Under the pieces are notes generated by a model. That model was not told where the DNA came from and ran no database searches. It saw only the letters and a list, made by a program, of their open reading frames with translations. The position numbers and the translations under genes were made by a program. This document shows, piece after piece, positions 50,401-55,959 of a stretch of DNA of 64,000 nt. The stretch is from Carcharhinus longimanus (Eukaryota), in contig JASCQW010000099.1 of assembly GCA_030264375.1 (NCBI GenBank), positions 34,594,597-34,658,596 of the forward strand, written 5' to 3'. Each line of letters begins with the position of its first letter. The stretch's first letter is position 1.

Positions 50401-53058
50401 GCTGGCCAGAAGGAAATTTGAGGTTAGGATGTTTCCATAACTGGAGAGCTCAGTATAACCTCCCTTCAGTTCTAACTTGCAAACATAACACTCAAACATA
50501 CATACACTCTGGGTGGCATTTTCTGGTCGCATTTGACCCGAAACCGGGAAATCCCGCCCGAGGTCAACGGACCTTTCCAGGGTTCGCCTGTTGCCTGCTC
50601 CGATTCCCATGGTGGGCGGCACAGTAAATTTTGCCCCTCTAACTTCCAAAACTAAATTACTGAATTACAAACAGTAACATATCGTTACTCTCTCAGGATA
50701 GCTCGTGAACACTGAAAACAATTGGAGCAACTGTATTATTTGTTCCTGCTCCTTAGCATTTGAAGTGAGCATGAAAATGAGAGTGAGCCTGGAAGTTATA
50801 CTGAACTAGATGGTTTTACTCATGAACCTTATCAGCTGTATGGGGGGGTGCTCTCTTCGCTATGCCTTGGATGTCAATTAGTCACAGGCACAATCATTAG
50901 CACTCTTGCTGGTGAGTCAGGATCGCTTCTCGGCCTTTTGGTTGAAGTCATTAGGTTACATTTTGGCTTCATTTGAAGCAATTTTTAAAAGCAACATCTC
51001 GGCCTTTTGGCTAAGATGCAAATGAGATCAAGCCTTGGAGGAGAAGCTATGCCTACTCCAATCAGCTTGGATCATGTAGATCAAGCCCAAGACAGGAGGT
51101 GAGANNNNNNNNNNNNNNNNNNNNNNNNNNNNNNNNNNNNNNNNNNNNNNNNNNNNNNNNNNNNNNNNNNNNNNNNNNNNNNNNNNNNNNNNNNNNNNNN
51201 NNNNGATCAAGCCTTGGAGGAGGAGCTATGCCTACTCCAATCAGCTTGGATCATGTAGATCAAACCCAAGACAGGTGGTGAGAGCCCTGTCCTGTCAGCT
51301 TGGATCGGGAATGTCCCAACTTGTTGGGACTCTGAATTGGCTTTAATTTGAATTGATTGGAATGGAATGAAGTTAAAAAAAAACAGTCTCAATGTTGTAT
51401 TTTTAAGAAGCGCAAGGTTTGGGATATTTTGAGGTAATTCTTTGTACAAAGTGAATCAAAATCTTACTGTGGAAAAATAAGAAAAAGCTGAAAATGCTTG
51501 GTAGGACAGGCATAATCTGTGGAGGTCAAGTTAACATTTCAGATTGAGGACCTTTCATCAAATTCTGCTTCAAAAACCTTACCCCTTGTATTTCATCAGC
51601 CTGATGGATCTGTGTCAACTATGGCTTAGTGATTTCATTCTTCTCTCTGAGGTACGAGGTACTGAGTTCAAACCTCAATGATGTGGAGATGCCGGCATTG
51701 GACTGGGTAAACACAGATTTACCTTTACACTTTAAACTAAAGATTTACACTTAAACCTGGTGTTGTGAGACTTCAAACTTCAAACCAGAGAACTGGGAAA
51801 AAAATCTAGGTGGATACTCCAATGGAGTGCTGTGCTGTCATAGGTACATACCTTTGTGATAATACATTAAACTGAATTCTCTGTTTGCACTCTCAGGTGG
51901 ATGTAAAATATGCCATGGTACTGTTCAAAGAGAAATTATCCTAGTCCCCTGGTCAACATTTATCTCTCAACAAACATTCAAAAATCTAGCTATTTATTTC
52001 ATTGCTATTTGTATTTTTCAAGAAGTATTACATTGATTATAAGATTGCTTTGGGGCATTCTGAGGTCTTAAGAAGTGCTTATATATTGTGATCAATAGAT
52101 ATTTAGCAAAAAAGGCATTATACTACTGTTGTTTAACAAACACTGTAAATTATTTGCAACATGACAAAACTTAAGTTTTTTTAATAATTCCAGGACTATT
52201 TCTCCAAGTATTTACTAACCTTGCTGAGAAAGAGAAATCCCAGCACACAAACTCCAAAGGTAAAGCAAATTATATACTGCAGGAGCAGCACAAATTTCCC
52301 AGTGATTTCTTCTTCATCATTTATTGTTTTCAAAGTAAAAGGATCCCACGTTTTCCTGAAACTAAACGAAAAAATATATAATATATAATAACGCACCCCC
52401 TGTTCTGTGGACTTTAAAGATTGTTCATTGTAAATATAAAATTTGGTAACTTGTTTTAGGTAAAATTGTTTAATATTTTACATAATATTTCAAATATAGC
52501 ACAATAAAGATAATTATTAATAGTTGAAGTAGAGAAGGTAGGAAGGTGGATAGTACATATCAGAATTCGTTTACATCTCAGTGTCTGTTACACATTCTTG
52601 CAAAATACGAAGTTTTCAAATTTGTAAAATTTATTGCAATTAATTTGACTACTGAAGGAAACTGATTATCAGATGGCCAAATATGAGAGTTTTTAATTGC
52701 TTATTGTAATGGAAACGCTTTGCAGTTTTATCAGCCCTTAGTTCTTTTAGAGGCTTCCCCTACACCACGCATTCGGACGTTTCAACTGCACACAGATGCA
52801 AAACGTATTGCTCCAAATAAACACAGTGCTCTCAGATTTGCAATTGCTCTTTTAATTTAGCAAAACAACTCTAAATCCAGACATATAATATCAAGAATTC
52901 ATTGGCATATGACAAATATTTATGTTTCAGAGCATTTTAATGAATTGTTTATGTGTTTCAAACTGTACATCAAGAGCACGTTACAAAAACTTTTTAAAAA
53001 GTTACCTGCTTCGGCGTTGCCTTTCGTGCTCATTGATATCTTGATCCTTATTCTCCAT
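2382..53058 (-). CDS. chs: Chitin synthase (glycosyltransferase family 2, metazoan type); 18 coding exons reconstructed, 1208 aa, last exon/stop not located
   Basis: The spliced translation is open across 18 GT-AG exons with consistent phases. It contains CATMWHET, TPYGGR, KDKQKIRHKKRWSQ, LALDGD, QKFEYAVGHW, CSPGCFSLYR, QYDQGEDRWLCT, QRRRW and NNVSWGTRE, with N- and C-terminal multi-transmembrane regions. Confidence 0.96.
2550..2767 (-). CDS. chs: Chitin synthase exon 17 (ATFLYFIINVLWII...EPLSFMFL...QFLTMLYH-R)
   Basis: Absent from the ORF track. tttcag| acceptor, AG|GTATT donor, 218 nt, with EP and QF-x-x-ML-x-HR motifs. Confidence 0.93.
3362..3472 (-). CDS. chs: Chitin synthase exon 16 (AENPFWNDLINLYLKPIEEDKERQAEIAKQLKALRNK), coiled-coil
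   Basis: ctacag| acceptor, AAG|GTAAAC donor, 111 nt. Contains the conserved E-x-x-FW...YL-P...L-x-x-LRNK block. Confidence 0.93.
3657..3721 (-). CDS. chs: Chitin synthase exon 15 (WISNLQGQSLHIQLVEEELDE)
   Basis: gtgtag| acceptor, GAA|GTAAGT donor, 65 nt, phase 1 to 0. Confidence 0.82.
4450..6400 (-). mobile_element. Old CR1-like LINE fragments with nested SINEs (V-SINE about 5020-5153; tRNA-derived SINE about 5455-5835)
   Basis: Degenerate CR1 ORF2-like sequence, SINE head GGCAGCAAGGTGGTGCAGTGGTTAACACTGCTGCCTCACAG. Confidence 0.6.
6489..6529 (-). CDS. chs: Chitin synthase micro-exon 14 (S-VIEEEEVEPRIED-N)
   Basis: ttccttcag| acceptor, A|GTGAGT donor, 41 nt. It supplies the phase 2 to phase 1 change needed between exons 13 and 15. 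Confidence 0.8.
7625..9150 (-). mobile_element. 5'-truncated CR1 LINE (middle in gap)
   Basis: GKSCLTNLIEFFEGVTKKVDEGSAVDVVY RT motif at 8795-8889, and a CR1-type 3' tail near 7625-7815. Confidence 0.9.
9224..9575 (-). CDS. chs: Chitin synthase exon 13 (EMVKEN...LHPQEF...NNVSWGTRE...YAD)
   Basis: tttag| acceptor, AG|GTAAC donor, 352 nt, with LHPQE and SWGTRE motifs. Confidence 0.96.
10511..10690 (-). CDS. chs: Chitin synthase exon 12 (AFTFVFNW...IMSII-G), TM helices
   Basis: ttacag| acceptor, G|GTGAGT donor, 180 nt. Confidence 0.93.
13147..13431 (-). CDS. chs: Chitin synthase exon 11 (EDRWLCTLLLQQGWRVEY...NQRRRWVPST...LMIA-G)
   Basis: aacag| acceptor, G|GTAATT donor, 285 nt. Contains the catalytic EDR and processivity QRRRW signatures. 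Confidence 0.97.
13870..17385. mobile_element. Degraded PIF/Harbinger DNA transposon (Myb/SANT-like gene on +, DDE transposase on -)
   Basis: The minus ORF 15214-15615 reads MTPVKRP...YNEAH...LLKMCFNCLDYSGRALLYCP...CSVLHNLA plus an acidic tail, matching a HARBI1-like C-terminus. Myb-like remnants lie near 14110-14600. Boundaries approximate. Confidence 0.8.
19540..20020 (+). mobile_element. CR1-type LINE 3' end
   Basis: YEENLNRLGLYSLELRRTRDDIIEIFKIL, typical of the CR1 ORF2 C-terminus, followed by the tail aatggcctactcctgatcctatttcttatg. Confidence 0.85.
20225..20534 (-). CDS. chs: Chitin synthase exon 10 (PMVWYQKFEYAVGHW...CSPGCFSLYR...TEGHHFVQYDQ-G), interrupted by a false 100-N gap
   Basis: caaag| acceptor, G|GTATGT donor. 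Both gap flanks carry TGATGTCCT, and merging them gives 201 nt in frame. Confidence 0.94.
22680..22980 (-). mobile_element. V-SINE/HE1-type tRNA-derived SINE (other copies about 12790-13070 +, 17665-17930 +, 21300-21540 +, 26805-27128 -, 32040-32265 +, 34330-34480 -, 35885-36180 -, 59325-59540 +)
   Basis: Head GGTGGCACAATGGTTAGCACTGCTGCCTCACAG...GGTTCGATTC (A/B boxes), central TGGGTTTCCTCC block, CR1-like tail. Confidence 0.85.
24507..24648 (-). CDS. chs: Chitin synthase exon 9 (TEKENTYILALDGDIDF...GAACGRVHPTGT-G)
   Basis: aaaag| acceptor, G|GTATGA donor, 142 nt. Contains DxD (DGD) and GAACGR-HP motifs. Confidence 0.95.
26428..26529 (-). CDS. chs: Chitin synthase exon 8 (IMYMYYLLGWKL...ENALK)
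   Basis: tttcag| acceptor, AAG|GTAAAG donor, 102 nt, with the MYMYYLLG motif. Confidence 0.95.
28690..29543. mobile_element. Non-autonomous Harbinger-type element (similar GC-rich TIR elements about 110-1430, 24721-25745, 46990-47952, 55005-55765)
   Basis: Termini GGGGGCAATTCTCCC ... GGGAGAATCCCAGCC are imperfect inverted repeats of the same style as the Harbinger ends. Confidence 0.6.
29860..30040 (-). CDS. chs: Chitin synthase exon 7 (TFSSEKQ...TPYGGR...HLKDKQKIRHKKRWSQ)
   Basis: Absent from the ORF track. tttcag| acceptor, CAA|GTATGT donor, 181 nt. Confidence 0.96.
31673..31806. mobile_element. Short MITE (similar: about 22196-22410 and 50510-50637)
   Basis: Perfect 12-bp TIR GCTGGAATTCTC / GAGAATTCCAGC with an internal hairpin. 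Confidence 0.7.
32503..32676 (-). CDS. chs: Chitin synthase exon 6 (LDKYNP...FETHVYFDDAF...VNEYV...DIY-R)
   Basis: ccacag| acceptor, AG|GTATT donor, 174 nt, with the ExHxxFDDAF motif. Confidence 0.95.
33900..34290 (+). mobile_element. LINE (RTE-like) APE endonuclease fragment
   Basis: SIHSP...EDEFYEELD...LLRDFNVK resembles the APE-domain YAPT...FY..L...GDFNA motif. Confidence 0.6.
34647..41900. mobile_element. PIF/Harbinger composite: Myb/SANT accessory gene copies (+, about 35270-36917 and 37018-39050) and convergent DDE transposase pseudogene (-, about 39650-40884)
   Basis: AWEAVAA...RTGKQCCKKINDL (Myb/SANT-like) near 35395-35483. GDLCGISQSAVHNCVKEITD and YNEAH...LLKMQFRCLDRS on the minus strand. 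GGGC-AGAATTTT left terminus. Nested SINE, CR1 and Penelope insertions. Confidence 0.85.
41118..41560 (+). mobile_element. Penelope-like fragment
   Basis: HRICSDEEDCNRH...LKDALVRT and WYIGET-like segments homologous to 49125-50360. Confidence 0.8.
42115..42635 (+). mobile_element. CR1 ORF2 fragment followed (after gap) by SINE 3' end with (TTCTTTG)n tail
   Basis: LNWGKASYSQIRHEL...DWERLF...WEAFK. The tail is shared with 17800-17930, 18764-18898 and 33780-33890. Confidence 0.75.
42793..42882 (-). CDS. chs: Chitin synthase exon 5 (KSDRVMIYLCATMWHETVDEMAKILTSIF-R)
   Basis: Absent from the ORF track and read by hand. aatag| acceptor, AG|GTAAAT donor, 90 nt, with the CATMWHET motif. Confidence 0.95.
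43785..45105. mobile_element. Penelope-like element with inverted arrangement (minus-strand copy about 43785-44725 fused to plus-strand 3' segment about 44728-45100)
   Basis: QRMNEHHSTIARQDCSLPVGEHFSGHGH on the minus strand. The same 3'-terminal sequence (aataaacctgttggactttaacctggtgttgtgag) is present in opposite orientations at both ends. Confidence 0.85.
45005..45049 (+). ncRNA. Minimal type I hammerhead ribozyme motif in a Penelope-like element tail
   Basis: CCACTCAT-CTGACGA-A-GGGG-CGGAA-CCCC-GAAA-GC-TA-GTGAGTGG: both core boxes, helix II and an 8-bp helix I. Confidence 0.7.
45599..46629 (-). CDS. chs: Chitin synthase exon 4, large N-terminal multi-TM exon (VCIIEAVVAFG...WWENF...CKMHAVRRSF...KKIK-R)
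   Basis: ccag| acceptor, AG|GTAC donor, 1031 nt open. Contains SFNWWENF and CK-x-x-x-x-x-SF motifs of the CHS N-terminal domain. Confidence 0.93.
48566..48745 (-). CDS. chs: Chitin synthase exon 3 (TSLLLLIS...LSILGM)
   Basis: ttgcag| acceptor, ATG|GTAAG donor, 180 nt, phase 0/0, hydrophobic. Confidence 0.9.
49125..50360 (+). mobile_element. Penelope-like retroelement, 5'-truncated (RT C-terminus, GIY-YIG endonuclease, 3' tail with mutated hammerhead)
   Basis: FLDT...LYHKPTD...SSFHP...AIPYGQAL..HRIC RT-thumb motifs, then NVYLIRC...WYIGET...EHF GIY-YIG motifs, with frameshifts and stops. Confidence 0.92.
50922..51383 (+). mobile_element. U2 snRNA-headed, hairpin-rich, A-tailed retroposon (candidate SINE)
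   Basis: ATCGCTTCTCGGCCTTTTGG equals U2 nt 1-20, and TCTCGGCCTTTTGGCTAAGAT equals U2 nt 7-27 at 50997-51017. These are followed by non-U2 hairpins, an (AATTG/AATGG)n-like tract and A9. Confidence 0.6.
51620..52085 (+). mobile_element. Ancient Deu-domain SINE (SacSINE1/AmnSINE-like) with nested Penelope remnant; related copy about 3890-4310 (-)
   Basis: caggtggatgtaaaa...ccatggtactgttcaaaga...ctggtcaacatttatctctcaac resembles the Deu domain, followed by an L2-like tail. Family assignment is from memory. Confidence 0.55.
52220..52355 (-). CDS. chs: Chitin synthase exon 2 (KTWDPFTLKTINDEEE...FLFLSK)
   Basis: ttcag| acceptor, AAG|GTTAGT donor, 136 nt. Contains a WDPF motif and the first TM helix. 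Confidence 0.9.
53006..53058 (-). CDS. chs: Chitin synthase coding exon 1 (MENKDQDINEHERQRRS-R)
   Basis: ATG in AAAATGG context. The donor AG|GTAAC is phase 2 and joins in frame to exon 2 (R-KTWDPF). Confidence 0.75.
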
Positions 53059-53126
53059 TTTTTCAATAATCACTAAAGAAATATTTACAAGTGTATTCGG
53101 CTAGAATAAGCCAGATACACTGAACT

Positions 53127-53138
53127 ATCTATATATAT
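53127..53138 (-). promoter_or_regulatory. Possible TATA-like element upstream of the CHS start codon
   Basis: TATATATAG on the minus strand about 75 bp upstream of the ATG. Alternatively, TTTCTTTAG just upstream of 53072 is an acceptor for a non-coding first exon. Confidence 0.25.
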
Positions 53139-55959
53139 GCTTTCAAGTTGTCCTTCTAGGTGTGTTCATTTTACGTATTCAGCCACACCTATCTTCACAG
53201 TTATGTCAAAAATAAATTTCTTTTGAAAAACGAATGTAAAGTTTCTTTTGGAAACTATTTGACATAATTAGAGAATATATTTTTTTTACCATTTCCTTAA
53301 ATAATAGAATTTCTCTGACTTGTTAAAATGTTTAGTGGTTGTATGTAATTACTATAACGAAGTTCTCAATGGTCAAAATAAAAAATTAAAATAGTATTTT
53401 ATTGGCCATTATGCAATGTAAGGTGAGAAGTATATATTCACTGGATCTTTTTAGTAACAGTTTCATGAAGTAATCATCCAATTCTATCCATCTGATGTCT
53501 GATTGCTAATCTGAAATCAAGAGTTTAGGTTTATTTGACAAGTTCACCTGCTATGATTGAGTGGGTCAAGAAACTTCAGCCAGGTTGCTACACAATGCTT
53601 TTTCACCAGTTTCTTTGTGTAAATTAAACAGCTGATGTGTGACACGATTTTTCACAATTGTTGGCCCAGCCATGAAAACACATTCATAGCACTGGCCTGT
53701 TTGTTAATGTCCAGATTCAAACCATGTATTTAACTGAAGGGCAATTATAGAAATGATCCTAAAAGTAAGCAAGATCAAATGTCTCACCCCAAATTGAAAT
53801 AAATACAGTTTTTAACAATTCTCTATTATGTCATGTTCTTAGACTACAAGTTTAAAGTTACAATTAAAAATAATGTTTTTGCACTTTGAGCAGTCTTGTT
53901 GAATTCACATTGAACCATAAGAGCATGTAGGGGGTGTGAAAGCAGTTCACTCTCTTAAAGTGGCCTTCATTTGTCTTTAATTTGAATACCTTGCTAAAAA
54001 TTATTGAAGCATGGGTGTAGGTTACGCAACTTGAGCTGCTGCACCCAACCAGTGGAAGGAAGCATCTCATTGTGCAATTAAATGATGCTTACACTGTCTA
54101 AAAAAATGCTTTAAATTAGTTCATTCATCCTTTATTTACACACAATTCGGATAAACGTATTCTCCCAAAGAGTGAAGAGTTTATTTATTTGAAGGTTTTG
54201 TTTGTTTCACATATTTTTAATCTCATTTGCTGCTCCTTCTTTAACGCACTGCAGCAGGCAAGAGACTGCCATCAAAAGCTGGGCCAAGGTAATTGTGACA
54301 AGCAAGTGCAGAGGAGTGCCTGAAACATAAGAACAGGAGTAGGTCATTTCAGCCCCTCGAGACGTTCCTGGCATTCAATGAGATCATCTCCATTAACCCA
54401 ACTTGTAACCATATCACTTGATGCCTTTGCCTAACAACAATCTACTAATCATAGTACTGAAAATTTAATTTAACTCTGAACTGCATTACAAACTTCAATA
54501 CTGTTTAGATGAAAAAATACTTACCGATCCTATTCCTAAAAGATTTAGCTCTCTAAATAATAGACAGTGCCCCCTTACCCTGGATTCCCTCCAAAAAGGG
54601 AATAATTTCTCTATCTACCTATCAAGTCTCTTTATCATTTTGAGTTGACTTAGCTCCAACTCCCCCCCGCTACAGAACTACCTCATCACTGGTCAGCATT
54701 CCTCAGTTGACCTGCCACTCCCCAATAGCAAAACGTAGTTCCAACCAGTTTATTTTATTTCCCCGTTTTTATTGGTACTTCACTTTAAGGCACACAAGAG
54801 CAGTTCAGACCAGCATTCTCATTTCTCAGTTTTTACTGTATTTCTTTTCTGGCAGTGGTGTCAGGATTTGCTCTTAGGTCATTATATTTCCTTTTTTCCC
54901 TTTCTTTTTGCCGATTGTTTTCTGTCTGTCCATCGGTAACATCTGTCTGCGAGAAAATAGAGAAAAAGAAACAATGTGAGAAAAGAATTAGAGACAAAAG
55001 TGCGTGGATTCTAAGTGATTCTAAGTGCTGGCCAGACTTGAAACTGGACAGCCCAATTTTACTGTCAGGTTGCGCCCGTTTTTGGGCACGAAAACTTGGT
55101 AAAGTTGGAGGTGAGGCGAGTCGCATGATTCGCGCCCACCTCTGTGCCAGCTCTCACTTTACCAAGGCCCGAAAATGGTCGAGATCAGGACCGCGCCCGA
55201 AACGGGCACAACGGCCATTTAAATGAATCTGCGTGCATTTAAATTGACTTAAAAGGCTGCATGCCCAACCTTCCCAACATATCCTCCTTTACCATCATGT
55301 TCGCCCATCCAGAATCGGCACGAAACAGACATGTTCTACAAAATTCTGATTGGGGCACTCCAGTTAGCGAGGAGGGAAATGTCAAGTGTCAACGCCTCTC
55401 TGCTTGAGGTCTACCACTCTGCCTTTGATTAGTGAGGGGGAAGGGGGATGAGCCCGCGATTAGTCCGGGTGCCGGAGGGGATGGGGGGATAGGGCAATGC
55501 CTGTGGGGCAAGAGGGAGGCATTATCCGGTCCTGGGCCGATATGGCAGGAGAGCCACATTCTATCTTTTTTTTGCGTATGCGCAGTTCGCTGTTTGGGCA
55601 CATTAAACCCTGCCCACAGGCTTCTGAAGCATGATTCATATTGCTGATACTTTTTCAGGCAGAGTGTATGTGGGGGCACCAAAGTACAAGTCTAAACATC
55701 GGATCTGAAACACTCCCAGTTTCAAGTCTGTCCAGCTCTTAGAATTAAAATGGTAAAATAGGGCCTGGAGTGTCTCAGGTCTGACTTTTAGACCCGTTCT
55801 AAGGCACCCCCATATGCACTCTGTCTGCAAAAATATCAGTGATTCCGAATCACGCTGCTCCCCTGCCACATCCCTCCCGGATAATGCTCCCCCCTGACCC
55901 TCACAGACATTGCCCCAACCCCATACCATTACTGACCCCTTATCCCCCCCTCCACTCCC

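Noticed and set aside
50922-51032. Functional U2 snRNA gene
   Set aside because: Only nt 1-31 of U2 are represented. The branch-point recognition sequence, Sm site and 3' stem-loops are absent.
54515-54530. Strong donor (CG|GTAAGT, minus strand) as the end of a non-coding first CHS exon
   Set aside because: It lies within an old LINE 3' remnant (about 54325-54640) and has no supporting evidence.
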